From: Candidatus Omnitrophica bacterium CG11_big_fil_rev_8_21_14_0_20_41_12
GTDB lineage: Bacteria > Omnitrophota > Gorgyraeia > Gygaellales > Profunditerraquicolaceae
Length of the DNA: 53,797 nucleotides
Reading direction: 5' to 3'
Assembly (NCBI GenBank): GCA_002796135.1
Contig: PCWB01000032.1
Location: 1-53,797, forward strand
In this document: one piece after another, positions 8,767 to 18,289 of the stretch
Numbering within the stretch: position 1 is the stretch's first letter
Layout of the letters: each line of letters starts with the position of its first letter
Notes under the pieces: generated by a model
Databases searched by the model: none
Told to the model about the DNA's origin: nothing
Seen by the model: the letters and a program-made list of their open reading frames with translations, nothing else
Made by a program: the position numbers and the translations under genes

Positions 8767-9710
8767 GCGGTAACACCTATGGACCTGAATTTCTTATATC
8801 TTAATTTAAGCAACTCATCTTTTTCTAAAAGCTCTAATTCCTTAAGATTCCTTAAAAGTGCTTCTTTAATATTGAAAGCAGTTTTTTGCGCGTCACGATG
8901 CGCGCCGCCTAAAGGCTCAGGGATTACTTCATCAATAATGCCCATTTTTAAGAGGTCGGCACCGGTGAGTTTTAAAACCTGCGCTGCCTGAGGCGCCTTG
9001 GCTCCGTCTTTCCAAAGGATTGCTGCACATCCTTCCGGGGAAATAACTGAATAGTATGAATTCTCTAAAACTGCAACACGATCCGCCACCCCTACCCCAA
9101 GGGCTCCTCCTGATCCACCTTCTCCGATTACAATTGCTATAATCGGCGTCGCAATAGAAGTCATCTCCCGCAAATTAAGCGCAATCGCATGAGATTGGCC
9201 GCGCTCTTCAGCGCCGATACCAGGATATGCGCCCGGAGTATCAATAAAAACTACCACCGGTAAATTAAACTCCTCAGCCATTTGCATCAGGCGCAAAGCT
9301 TTGCGGTATCCTTCCGGATGCGCGCAGCCAAAATTTCTTTTTAAGTTTTCTTTGGTATCGCGGCCCTTTTGGTGCCCGATCACCATAATTTTCTTTTTAT
9401 CAAGCCTCGCCAAACCGCAGATCATCGCTTTATCATCGCTAAAAAGCCGGTCACCATGCAGCTGGACAAAATCCGACATAATCATGCCGATATAATCTAA
9501 AGTATACGGCCGCTGCGGGTGGCGGGCGATCTGCACTTTCTGCCAGGCACTAAGATTAACATAGGTATCTTTTTTTAAACACTCCAGTTTTTCTTCAAGC
9601 TTTTTTGTCTCTGAGAACAGATCGATCTTTTTTTCAGACATAAAAGATCGAAGCTCCTGGATTTTTTTCTCTAATTCTACTATAGGTTTTTCAAATTCTA
9701 GTCCGGCCAT
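8763..9710 (-). CDS. accA: Acetyl-CoA carboxylase carboxyltransferase alpha subunit
   Basis: Full-length match to AccA hallmarks: AWQKVQIARHPQRPYTLDYI, FIDTPGAYPGIGAEERGQ, GEGGSGGALG. Confidence 0.95.
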   Translation of the reverse strand: MAGLEFEKPIVELEKKIQELRSFMSEKKIDLFSETKKLEEKLECLKKDTYVNLSAWQKVQIARHPQRPYTLDYIGMIMSDFVQLHGDRLFSDDKAMICGLARLDKKKIMVIGHQKGRDTKENLKRNFGCAHPEGYRKALRLMQMAEEFNLPVVVFIDTPGAYPGIGAEERGQSHAIALNLREMTSIATPIIAIVIGEGGSGGALGVGVADRVAVLENSYYSVISPEGCAAILWKDGAKAPQAAQVLKLTGADLLKMGIIDEVIPEPLGGAHRDAQKTAFNIKEALLRNLKELELLEKDELLKLRYKKFRSIGVTA

Positions 9711-9715
9711 AATGA

Positions 9716-10525
9716 TTAATTAATTACCGTAACTTCGGTTCCCACAGAAATAATGCTATAGAGCTCCTCGACATCAGCATTGCTAAGCCGTATACATCCC
9801 TGTGTCACCTGCTTACCCAGCTCCTTAGGCTCAACTGTTCCGTGAATACCATAACCGGCCAGATCAAAGCCCATCCAGCGCGTACCCAGTACATTATCCG
9901 GGCTTTCCGTCGGAACAATTGCCCCGGCCTTAAACCATGTCGGGTTAGGAAGCTTATTAATAATTTTAAATGTGCCCACCGGGGTGCAATTATTTTTTCC
10001 CGTAGATACGATGTAGGTTTTAAATACCTCTTCATCGCTTTTCAGCAAAAGCGTGTTTTGGGATTTACTCACCAGAATATTAAAAGGCGAATTCCAGATT
10101 TTAATCTTGCGTCCCGGGATAATCAACGAATCACTAATATTGTTGCTTTTCATAATCAGCTCAGTAGTAGTTTTATGGAGCCGGGCGATCTTATCCAGGG
10201 TATCTCCGGGTTTTATCTGATAAAGTATGCTCTTGGGGGTGACGACGGGAGAAAATAATAATTTAATGTTTATATCTTCAGCTTTTTTCTGCCAGTCCAC
10301 AACACTTGAGGAATCCGGAGAATCGCTAACCAGTTTCTGATAAAATAATCTTGCTTCTGAAAGATTGCCTTTAGTTTCAAGCTGCCGCGCCTGATCAAGC
10401 AGATTACGCACGGCTAAATTGCCGGAAAGAGAGCCCCTGTTACTTATTATTTTTACCCCTAAAACAACAACGGCGCCGACCGCTATTATTACCGCAATAA
10501 TTATAATCAGATATTTTTTATTCAA
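9716..10525 (-). CDS. LysM domain L,D-transpeptidase (YkuD family)
   Basis: TM anchor, LysM domain (YQIKPGDTLDKIARLHKTTTELIMKSNNI) and a YkuD catalytic region (GIHGT...GCIRLSN). Confidence 0.85.
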   Translation of the reverse strand: MNKKYLIIIIAVIIAVGAVVVLGVKIISNRGSLSGNLAVRNLLDQARQLETKGNLSEARLFYQKLVSDSPDSSSVVDWQKKAEDINIKLLFSPVVTPKSILYQIKPGDTLDKIARLHKTTTELIMKSNNISDSLIIPGRKIKIWNSPFNILVSKSQNTLLLKSDEEVFKTYIVSTGKNNCTPVGTFKIINKLPNPTWFKAGAIVPTESPDNVLGTRWMGFDLAGYGIHGTVEPKELGKQVTQGCIRLSNADVEELYSIISVGTEVTVIN

Positions 10526-10547
10526 CTTAACCCCCCCAGATGTATCG

Positions 10548-11000
10548 CTATTTTACATAAGATACCAAGGCAATCGTAATACCTAAAAACAGCCCTATAA
10601 TTACCTCAACCGGAGTATGCCCGATAAGTTCACGCAGGCGCAATTCTTGGATCTTGCCCTGCCAATATATATCATCCATGATCTTATTTAAAATACCGGC
10701 TTGTTTACCGGTTGAACGACGCACGCCTTGAGCATCAAACATAACTACAATGGCAAAAGCAAAGACCAAAGCAAAATAAACACTATCAAACCCGCACTCT
10801 ATTCCGATGCTGGTCGCCAGGCATGCAGCGCCTGAAGCATGCGCAGAAGGCATGCCACCGCTTCCGATAAATAAGCGAAAATCAAATCTCTTTTTACGAA
10901 AAACCCCCAACACTACTTTGATCGTCTGGGCAATCAGCCAGGCCGAAATAGTGGTCATTAAAATCTTATTCCTATAAAACTCTGCGATAAAATCTTTCAT
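10548..11000 (-). CDS. Divergent PAP2 family membrane protein (DUF212)
   Basis: GGMPSAHASGAAC and FDAQGVRR..G motifs; about 150 aa with multiple TM segments. Confidence 0.7.
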   Translation of the reverse strand: MKDFIAEFYRNKILMTTISAWLIAQTIKVVLGVFRKKRFDFRLFIGSGGMPSAHASGAACLATSIGIECGFDSVYFALVFAFAIVVMFDAQGVRRSTGKQAGILNKIMDDIYWQGKIQELRLRELIGHTPVEVIIGLFLGITIALVSYVK

Positions 11001-11572
11001 TATTTTTTAGTTTGGGCAGGAACAACTTCGATCTTAACCTTCATGGTTGAACGGCCATCCTTGATTAGAAAACCCTGGTTTCCTTCTGCGGCAAGATCAT
11101 GGGAGCTATGTCCTTTGGCCTTTAACTCTCTTATTGCTTTTTTTAGCTCAGTTATGGAATTTAATTTTACTTTAGCCTGTTCATTCTCCTCATAGAGACG
11201 CTGACGGCTGTCAATAAGGGAACGGTTTTCCGCCTTTAATATTGAAAACTTATCGTTTACATCCTCAAGATCATTCTGAATGTTAGTGTTAGTTTGAAAA
11301 AGGCGCATAATCCGGTCTTTGCTAGCCTTCAAATAATCCTTAAGACCTTTATTTTTTAGCGCCAATTCTTCTTTAAACGCTTTCTCTTTCCCTATCTCCT
11401 GCAACAAGTTTTGCTTCTCTTGTGCTAAAACAGCAATCTGGTCTTGAGCTCTCACAAGATTATCTTGAAGCCGGTATCGCTCCTTCAGCTCGCTTACATA
11501 TTTAATCATGCTAAAGACAGTAATCCCCAGCAATAAGACAAAGGCTATATTCTTAAACATACTCTTATTCAT
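11000..11572 (-). CDS. Membrane-anchored coiled-coil protein, function unknown
   Basis: N-terminal TM segment followed by heptad-rich, Lys/Glu/Leu/Gln-rich sequence. No recognisable catalytic motif. Confidence 0.5.
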   Translation of the reverse strand: MNKSMFKNIAFVLLLGITVFSMIKYVSELKERYRLQDNLVRAQDQIAVLAQEKQNLLQEIGKEKAFKEELALKNKGLKDYLKASKDRIMRLFQTNTNIQNDLEDVNDKFSILKAENRSLIDSRQRLYEENEQAKVKLNSITELKKAIRELKAKGHSSHDLAAEGNQGFLIKDGRSTMKVKIEVVPAQTKK

Positions 11573-11630
11573 AAGGTTATATTATATAACCACCCATTCA
11601 AAAAGCAAGCTTTTTTCAGCCCCATTCAGG

Positions 11631-11667
11631 CGAAACAGTTTCCCGGCTAATCGGGAAAGGGGGAAAA
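11631..11667 (+). repeat. REP-like hairpin unit (core GAAACAGTTTC + TTTCCCG/CGGGAAA stem)
   Basis: cgaaacagtttcccggctaatcgggaaagggggaaaa. Nearly identical to the unit at 13253-13289. Confidence 0.7.
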
Positions 11668-11721
11668 TTTTTTGTTAGATTATCGGATTTTGTACGTCTA
11701 TTGACTTAAAAGGGAGGAGCA

Positions 11722-13251
11722 ATGATCTCAAAAACTTATAGTTTCGGACTTCTGGGCCTGGAGGCTTATCTGGTTGAAATAGAAATCGACGTTGCCGCAG
11801 GCCTTCCGCAAGTAACTTTGGTCGGTTTAGCAGATACGGCAATCAAGGAAAGTAAAGAAAGGGTACGCTCGGCAATCAAAAACTCAGGATTTCAATGGCC
11901 GGCGCAAAGAATAACTATAAATTTGGCTCCTTCTAATATTAAAAAGGAAGGCGCTTGTTTTGACCTGGCCATTGCCTTGGGAATTTTAGCGGCAACCGAA
12001 CAGATCAACGGTGAACTTCTTAGGAATTACGCGTTTCTGGGAGAGCTATCTCTTGATGGACGGTTGCGGCCGGTGCATGGAGTTTTGCCTATAAGTTTAG
12101 CCATGGCAAATCTGCCGCTAAAGAATCTGATCCTGCCCGAAGAAAATGCCAAAGAGGCTGGAATCGTTCCGGAGATATCTGCCTGGCCGCAAAAGAGCTT
12201 AAAAGAAACTATGCATTTTTTAACTGACCCCGGCTCAAGACAACCATTCAAATTAGTTATTGAAGAAAATCTTATACCAAATGCAAATTACAACCTAGAC
12301 TTCTGTGAAGTCAAAGGACAATATTTTGCTAAAAGGGCGCTTGAGGTGGCAGTTGCCGGCGGACATAACATTATCTTGCTTGGGCCACCGGGCTCAGGCA
12401 AAACTATGCTTGCTAAAAGAATCCCCACGATTATGCCTAGCCTTTCTTTGCAGGAAGCACTGGAAATAACTAAAATCCACTCGGTTGCAGGGACATTGTT
12501 AAACCAAGACGGCTTTATGGGAACCCGGCCATTCCGTTCTCCGCATCACGGAATCTCCGACGTTGCCTTGATCGGCGGAGGAAGCATACCTAAACCGGGA
12601 GAAATAAGTTTATCTCATTACGGAGTTTTATTCCTGGATGAGTTACCGGAATTCAGCCGCAAAGCGCTGGAAACATTAAGGCAGCCGCTGGAGGATAATT
12701 TAATTTGCATCAGCCGCATAAAAAGAAGTTTGATTTTTCCGGCTTGCTTTATTTTAGCTGCTGCGCTTAACCCCTGCCCCTGCGGAAATTATTTTAACCC
12801 GCAAAAACCTTGCCACTGTAACCCCGCAAAAATCAGGAATTACCTGGGTAAAATCTCCGGCCCATTGCTTGACCGTATCGATATACATATCGAGGTGCCA
12901 CAGGTAAAATACCGTGAACTAACCGAAACAAATAACGCCGAGTCATCGCAAGCGATCAGACAGCGCGTTGAGAATGCACGCCGGATCCAGCGGGAAAGAT
13001 TTAAATCAACCAAGATCTTCTGTAATGCTCAAATGCAGGGTCGGTTAATTAAAGAGGTTTGCCTGCTCAATAAAGAGGCCCAAGAATTAATCCGTATGGC
13101 GATATCAGAACTGGGTTTATCGGCAAGAGGTTATGATAAAATTCTTAAAGTGAGCCGAACAATTGCAGATTTAGAACAAAAGGAAATTATCTGCCAGGAG
13201 CATGTGGCTGAAGCCATACAATACCGCAGCCTGGACAAGCTTTTAAATTAA
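11722..13251 (+). CDS. comM: Mg-chelatase-like AAA+ protein YifB/ComM
   Basis: N-terminal Lon-protease-like domain, Walker A GPPGSGKTM, Walker B LFLDELPEF, and a C-terminal Mg_chelatase_C region (SARGYDKILKVSRTIADL). Confidence 0.9.
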   Translation: MISKTYSFGLLGLEAYLVEIEIDVAAGLPQVTLVGLADTAIKESKERVRSAIKNSGFQWPAQRITINLAPSNIKKEGACFDLAIALGILAATEQINGELLRNYAFLGELSLDGRLRPVHGVLPISLAMANLPLKNLILPEENAKEAGIVPEISAWPQKSLKETMHFLTDPGSRQPFKLVIEENLIPNANYNLDFCEVKGQYFAKRALEVAVAGGHNIILLGPPGSGKTMLAKRIPTIMPSLSLQEALEITKIHSVAGTLLNQDGFMGTRPFRSPHHGISDVALIGGGSIPKPGEISLSHYGVLFLDELPEFSRKALETLRQPLEDNLICISRIKRSLIFPACFILAAALNPCPCGNYFNPQKPCHCNPAKIRNYLGKISGPLLDRIDIHIEVPQVKYRELTETNNAESSQAIRQRVENARRIQRERFKSTKIFCNAQMQGRLIKEVCLLNKEAQELIRMAISELGLSARGYDKILKVSRTIADLEQKEIICQEHVAEAIQYRSLDKLLN

Positions 13252-13252
13252 A

Positions 13253-13289
13253 CCGAAACAGTTTCCGATCTAATCGGGAAAGGGGGATA
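13253..13289 (+). repeat. REP-like hairpin unit, same orientation as 11631-11667
   Basis: ccgaaacagtttccgatctaatcgggaaagggggata, immediately upstream of the RAYT start codon. Confidence 0.7.
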
Positions 13290-13294
13290 TAAAA

Positions 13295-13771
13295 ATGGTA
13301 AAAACAAGAATCTTTATCGAAAACGCTTGCTATCATATTTATGCAAGAGGAAATCAAAAACAGTTAGTTTTTATTGAAAGGAGTGATTTTGAATTCTATC
13401 TGAAGCAACTGAAACACTACAAAATAAAGTATTCTTTTCATTTGTATGGTTATTGCTTGATGCCCAACCATATCCATCTTATGGGAAAGCCTATCGTTCC
13501 TAAGAAACTATCTAATTTTATGCAATGTCTGCAACGTTCTTATACCGCTTATTATAATAAAAAATATAGCAAAGTCGGCCATCTTTGGCAGGGTAAATTT
13601 AAAGCAAAATTAATTGCTAAAGACCAGTATGCCTTGGATTGTATCTCCTATATTGAAACAAACCCAGTAAGGGCAAAATTGGTAAATAATCCTAAAGATT
13701 ATATTTTTTGTAGTTACTCGGAAAGGAATTTTGACAATAATTACCAGCTTCTGAATAAGTTTCTACTCTAA
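13295..13771 (+). CDS. REP-associated tyrosine transposase (RAYT; IS200/IS605-like Y1 HUH transposase)
   Basis: HUH motif in LMPNHIHLMG and catalytic Tyr context ISYIETNPVRAKLV. It is 158 aa and flanked by inverted REP units. Confidence 0.8.
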   Translation: MVKTRIFIENACYHIYARGNQKQLVFIERSDFEFYLKQLKHYKIKYSFHLYGYCLMPNHIHLMGKPIVPKKLSNFMQCLQRSYTAYYNKKYSKVGHLWQGKFKAKLIAKDQYALDCISYIETNPVRAKLVNNPKDYIFCSYSERNFDNNYQLLNKFLL

Positions 13772-13775
13772 TTGA

Positions 13776-13856
13776 CCCCGTTTCCCGATTGGGTGCGAAA
13801 CTGTTTCCCCGCTGATCGGGAAACTGTTTCCTCTTTAGGTTGGAAACTGTTTCGCC
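13776..13856 (-). repeat. Array of three REP-like units in the opposite orientation (core GAAACTGTTTC at 13797, 13820 and 13843)
   Basis: The cores are spaced exactly 23 bp apart. The reverse complement reads GAAACAGTTTCCCGatcagCGGGGAAAC, matching the upstream units. Confidence 0.75.
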
Positions 13857-13857
13857 T

Positions 13858-14823
13858 TTAGTAGGTGGAGACCTCGATTGCGGAGGTGGTGCTGGAGGTC
13901 AAGCCAGCGGCATCCTTAACCGTAAGGGTTACGGTAAAATTACGCACGCCGTAAGTGGTACTGTAATAAATATTCTCGGAGTTCGCTTTAGTTGAGGTAT
14001 CCCCATCGCCAAAATCCCAATTATAAGCAACAATTTTCCCGTTTTTAGAAGTTGATCTCTTCCCAGAAAATTTAACCATAAGAGGAGAAAATCCTTTTTC
14101 GGGTTTTGCCGTAATCACAGCAACCGGGGGCATTAATACCTTTTCGATCACCGGCGGCTTAACCACAGGCGGCTTAATTTTTTTCACAGGCTTAATCGGC
14201 GCAACGGGTATTGGTTTAACAACCGGCTCGGAAGTTATTTGGGGAACATGTGGAAGAGCTTCCGGTTGAGACTTTGGCGCTGCAGGCGCAGCTACAACTG
14301 CATCTTGTAAAGCAGGCTCTTTAGCCAGATCTTCAGTAATATAAACAGCAAGTTTTTCTCTTAGGCCGGCAATGCGCGCCTTTTCCAGCTCCTCTTTCTG
14401 TTCATCGAGCTTATCCACTCTCTCTTGATATTTAAGATTACGGTGATATTTATAATCTTTTACGGCAATAACCGGCCAACGCAAAACTCCCCATAAAAAA
14501 TCTACCATCATAGCCGGCGGCTCCCAAAAAACCTCTTTTACCCTCGACTCTATTAAATCCATCTTCTTATAATAATACTCAACCTTAGCCCTGCGGCGCT
14601 TAAACCGTTCCTTGGCCAAAGTTAAATCCGGGAGAGATTTATCTTTCCCGACGGTATATTCTAATATGGGATCTCCGTTATAGCTTGCTAGATAACCTTG
14701 GCTGCCTTCGCCGGTGGCATTAGGTTTTTGGAATTTATAAGTAGCGCATCCGGATAAAATAAACGTAACAAATAATAAAATCAGAATTTTTCTCAAGGTT
14801 CTTTCTTCCTTTCTTTTAACCAA
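13858..14823 (-). CDS. Lipoprotein with a proline-rich linker and C-terminal PKD domain
   Basis: Lipobox-like FILSGC, a linker PVKKIKPPVVKPPV, and the PKD signature YNWDFGDGDTS...FTVTLTVKDAAG. Confidence 0.7.
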   Translation of the reverse strand: MVKRKEERTLRKILILLFVTFILSGCATYKFQKPNATGEGSQGYLASYNGDPILEYTVGKDKSLPDLTLAKERFKRRRAKVEYYYKKMDLIESRVKEVFWEPPAMMVDFLWGVLRWPVIAVKDYKYHRNLKYQERVDKLDEQKEELEKARIAGLREKLAVYITEDLAKEPALQDAVVAAPAAPKSQPEALPHVPQITSEPVVKPIPVAPIKPVKKIKPPVVKPPVIEKVLMPPVAVITAKPEKGFSPLMVKFSGKRSTSKNGKIVAYNWDFGDGDTSTKANSENIYYSTTYGVRNFTVTLTVKDAAGLTSSTTSAIEVSTY

Positions 14824-14827
14824 CTTA

Positions 14828-16366
14828 TTAATGCCGCATCAGAGCCAGCGCTTCCGAACGGGTCTTTTCATTTTCTTTAAAAATTCCGCGCACCGCACTC
14901 GTTACGGTCATCGCCCCGGGTTTTCTTACTCCGCGCATAGACATGCAATTTCCAGAAATAACAACTCTCCCATTTCGCCTAACCAAAACTAACCCCTTTG
15001 GCACGCTCACACAAAAAACTTCTCCATTATATTTTTTAAACGAAAAATTACACGGCCTTAATTTTGAATACCATTTATCTTCCCCTAGCTTTGTTTTATG
15101 CGTCTCCATCTTAAAGAATTTTTTATTATTTTGCTTTGTACAACCAATACCTAATTTAATACAAACTTCTTGCAAATCATTTATTAGCCTCTCCGATTTG
15201 GAAACAAAATGTATCGCTTTGTTCTTTTTAATATGCCCATCACCCTTTATATACCAATCAAGAAACAACCTTAATAATTTAGGAGGAGCATTTTTTATAA
15301 CCCTAGGGATATATTTATCTGCTGATTTACCAAATTTCTTAAAGTATTCATAAAAATCTTTATCTTCTATTCTGAACTGGATGGTCTTTCCACTTTTACA
15401 TTGTATATATTTAATTCCTAAACCATCGAATAGATCCTTGATTTCCGAAAAACTTTTTGATTTAGGGCTTTGAGAAACAACAACAAATTTACGTTTTCCA
15501 GTCTGCGTAACACAGCCCTCACTAACCCAAATTCCAAAAAATTGCGCAAATATATCTGCAGATAAAGTATACCTACCAATCTTTATATTCTTAACACTCT
15601 TACCGGACCAATTACATGCCCGAGGAATTACTAAATATTTTTTCATCAATTCTTTTATTGGACTGATATGCCAATTATTATTCTCGTTATAAAAATCCCA
15701 TTCTGAAGAATAATAGCATCTGTGCTCAGGAGTAACCAGTAAATCGACGGAAAGGCTTTTAGCTCTTACCATATTCCCATTATATTTATAAGAAACGAAG
15801 TCTTTAGGCTTAACAAAAGACAGGCGCCTTGTTAAAGGATCCACTTGAGCTACTTTATCGATACTCTTCAAATCCTTGAACAACTTCCAGCTATTCTCCG
15901 TTAATATCTCTGTTCTTTCATCATAACAAAGATGTTCCGCCTCAATCACCACCATTACTCCCAACGGCTTTAATTTGCTCATCACAATTTCAGCAATCTG
16001 CGTCGTTAATCTCTCCTGCACTTGGGGCCGACGGGATAAAATATCCACCACCCGGACAAACTTGCTTAATCCGGTTACCCGGCCGTTTTTAGGAATATAG
16101 GCAATATTTGCTCTGCCTAAAAAAGGTAGTAGATGATGCTCGCATACCGAATATAACGGTATACCCCGCAGAAGGATAATCTCATTATGCTTTTGGTCCA
16201 GAATGACTTCCAGTTCTTTCTCCGGATCCAGCTTAATGCCTGAGAATATCTCTTCGTACATCTGGGCCACCCGGCGCGGCGTCTCTAGGAGATCTTTCCT
16301 TTTCGGATCTTCGCCGATTGCTTCAAGAATCTGGCGGACTGCCTTCTCAATCTTAATTTTATTCAT
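14828..16366 (-). CDS. folE: GTP cyclohydrolase I (FolE) interrupted by an intein
   Basis: The exteins match FolE: [31 protein letters not shown] | [11 protein letters not shown]...ALALM. I prefer the ATG at 16366 (GAGGG upstream) over the TTG at 16375. About 327 extra residues are inserted. Confidence 0.9.
   Translation of the reverse strand: MNKIKIEKAVRQILEAIGEDPKRKDLLETPRRVAQMYEEIFSGIKLDPEKELEVILDQKHNEIILLRGIPLYSVCEHHLLPFLGRANIAYIPKNGRVTGLSKFVRVVDILSRRPQVQERLTTQIAEIVMSKLKPLGVMVVIEAEHLCYDERTEILTENSWKLFKDLKSIDKVAQVDPLTRRLSFVKPKDFVSYKYNGNMVRAKSLSVDLLVTPEHRCYYSSEWDFYNENNNWHISPIKELMKKYLVIPRACNWSGKSVKNIKIGRYTLSADIFAQFFGIWVSEGCVTQTGKRKFVVVSQSPKSKSFSEIKDLFDGLGIKYIQCKSGKTIQFRIEDKDFYEYFKKFGKSADKYIPRVIKNAPPKLLRLFLDWYIKGDGHIKKNKAIHFVSKSERLINDLQEVCIKLGIGCTKQNNKKFFKMETHKTKLGEDKWYSKLRPCNFSFKKYNGEVFCVSVPKGLVLVRRNGRVVISGNCMSMRGVRKPGAMTVTSAVRGIFKENEKTRSEALALMRH
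14948..15928 (-). mobile_element. Intein with a LAGLIDADG homing-endonuclease domain inside folE
   Basis: The intein starts at Cys ([11 protein letters not shown], block A). Block B is LLVTPEH. Two LAGLIDADG-like motifs are present ([11 protein letters not shown] and [13 protein letters not shown]). Blocks F and G are EVFCVSVP...RVVISGN, followed by the +1 Cys (CMSMRGV). The region is visibly more AT-rich than the exteins. Confidence 0.85.
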
Positions 16367-16407
16367 ATTTATCAAACCCTCTAGTAAACCTCAAAATTAT
16401 AGAACTT

Positions 16408-16436
16408 ATTATCTAACGAAAACTGTCTTTCTGCAA
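16408..16436 (-). promoter_or_regulatory. Putative sigma70 promoter of folE
   Basis: On the minus strand: TTGCAG (16436-16431), 17 nt, GATAAT (16413-16408). Confidence 0.3.
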
Positions 16437-16447
16437 TAAGTTTTTCT

Positions 16448-16476
16448 TTGACTATTATTCCAAATATAATTATACT
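16448..16476 (+). promoter_or_regulatory. Putative sigma70 promoter of the stand-alone receiver gene
   Basis: TTGACT (16448-16453), 17 nt, TATACT (16471-16476), about 34 nt before the ATG at 16510. Confidence 0.4.
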
Positions 16477-16509
16477 ACTAGCTGGAAAGGCCACACTACT
16501 AAACCTAAA

Positions 16510-16896
16510 ATGCCCAAAAGAAAAATACTCGTAGTTGATGATCAAGAAGATGTATTGTCCCTGCTAAATGAGGCCTTATCCAAATTTGGTTTTGAAGCGA
16601 TGGTCTGCAAGGATCCTAAAAAAGTACTTGATTCAGTTAGGTCATTCCACCCTGATCTTATACTACTTGATTTATTGATGCCGAATCTGGGAGGATTTGA
16701 AATCTGTGAGATTTTAAATAATGACCCGGAAACCCACGGTATACCCATCATCATCATCTCCGGCCTTGGCGATTTAGTTGAAATAAAAAAAGCTTACAAG
16801 CTCGGAGTGGTAGGCTATTTCGTCAAACCGTTTGCCTTAAGCGATTTATGCAATGAAATATCTAAAGTTATCACCAACAAAGAAAAACCGCTTTAG
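16510..16896 (+). CDS. Stand-alone CheY-like receiver domain protein
   Basis: KILVVDDQEDV, LILLDLLMPNLGG and YFVKPF motifs. No output domain. Confidence 0.85.
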   Translation: MPKRKILVVDDQEDVLSLLNEALSKFGFEAMVCKDPKKVLDSVRSFHPDLILLDLLMPNLGGFEICEILNNDPETHGIPIIIISGLGDLVEIKKAYKLGVVGYFVKPFALSDLCNEISKVITNKEKPL

Positions 16897-16906
16897 CTAG
16901 CCGCCT

Positions 16907-18289
16907 TTATTTACCGATACAAAAATCATCAAAAATCCTGTTCAAAAGATCCTCGGGAAAACTTTTACCCAATATCTTATCTAAGTCAGCGCAGGCATCT
17001 TTAAAGCTCTGGGCAATAAATTCAGGCGGCAGCTTATCAGCTAAAGCAGACCGAGCCTGTCCGAGTAATTTCTTGGCGTCTTTTAGCGCCTGGATATGCC
17101 TTAAATTGCTCACCAGCATAAACTCCGGGGTAAGCACTTTTCCTTGATAAACAAACTCACAAAGCGCATCCTCCAGAGAATCAATATTTTTTGACTTTTT
17201 CGCGCAAATTTGAACTACTTTAGGGAACGCCTTGCAAATCTGCTCTTTTTCGATCCGCGCCTTTAAGTCAATTTTATTGATTACCGCGATCACGTTTTTA
17301 TTTCTTACTTCCTTAATCAATCTCCGGTCCTGGTCATTAAGCCTGCAGCTGGCATCAAACAAAATGATCACTAAATCCGCCAGCTTAATATGCTCTCTTG
17401 AACGCAAAATAGCTTTTCTCTCGATTAAATCCCGCGCCTTCAAGATTCCAGCAGTATCGACGATCTTTACCGGTATGCCTTTGATATCAAGCATCTCTTC
17501 AATTGTATCACGCGTTGTGCCGGCAACCGAGGTAACAATAGAGCGTTCTTTTTTAAGCAAGGCATTTAACAGCGAAGATTTTCCTACATTTGGTTTACCG
17601 CAGATAACCACATGAATTCCTTCGCGCAATATTCTTCCACAGAAAGCTCCCTCCAGTAATTTATTTAACCTGGCCTCAACATCCGTAAGTCCGCCGGAGA
17701 CTTGCATAGTATAATTATGCTGGATATCCTCTTCCGGAAAATCAATATCTGCATCCAGGAAAACTAAAATATCTAATAGTTTTTTACGGATTTTACTTAT
17801 CTCCTGCGACAGCCTCCCGCTTAACTGTCCTAAACTTACTTTTAATGCAGAATCGGTTTTTGCCCGGATGATATCAATGACTGCCTCTGCCTGGGCCAAA
17901 TCAATTCTACCGTTTAAAAAAGCCCGCTTAGTAAATTCTCCTGGACTGGCAAGCCGGGCGCCGTGTTTTAGAGTCAGATCTAATACTTGACCTAAAGCCA
18001 ACAATCCCCCGTGGCAATTTATCTCCACAACATCTTCCCGGGTATAAGATCTGGGTTTGCGCATAATCGTCAGGATCGCTTCATCGACGATTTTGCCATT
18101 ATCGCAGATTTTCCCGTAATGCATGGTATAGCTCTTAAAATCCGACGGTTTTGTCTTGCCAACAGGAATGAATATTTTATCGGCAATCAAGCAGGATTTC
18201 CTGCCACTAAGCCGTACAATACCGATGCCGCCTTGGCCTTGAGCGGTTGAAATTGCAGCAATCGTATCTTCTAAATTATCTTTAAACAT
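16907..18289 (-). CDS. mnmE: tRNA modification GTPase MnmE (TrmE)
   Basis: DTIAAISTAQGQGGIGIVRLSG, G domain GKPNVGKSSLLNAL / DTAG, and the C-terminal CIGK motif. I prefer the ATG at 18289 (GGGGAG SD) over the TTG at 18304. Confidence 0.92.
   Translation of the reverse strand: MFKDNLEDTIAAISTAQGQGGIGIVRLSGRKSCLIADKIFIPVGKTKPSDFKSYTMHYGKICDNGKIVDEAILTIMRKPRSYTREDVVEINCHGGLLALGQVLDLTLKHGARLASPGEFTKRAFLNGRIDLAQAEAVIDIIRAKTDSALKVSLGQLSGRLSQEISKIRKKLLDILVFLDADIDFPEEDIQHNYTMQVSGGLTDVEARLNKLLEGAFCGRILREGIHVVICGKPNVGKSSLLNALLKKERSIVTSVAGTTRDTIEEMLDIKGIPVKIVDTAGILKARDLIERKAILRSREHIKLADLVIILFDASCRLNDQDRRLIKEVRNKNVIAVINKIDLKARIEKEQICKAFPKVVQICAKKSKNIDSLEDALCEFVYQGKVLTPEFMLVSNLRHIQALKDAKKLLGQARSALADKLPPEFIAQSFKDACADLDKILGKSFPEDLLNRIFDDFCIGK

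Noticed and set aside
16415-16437. Degenerate REP-like sequence gaaaactgtctttc in the folE / receiver-gene spacer
   Set aside because: It has two indel or mismatch differences from the GAAACTGTTTC core and no accompanying TTTCCCG/CGGGAAA hairpin. It also overlaps the putative folE promoter and is probably a chance match.
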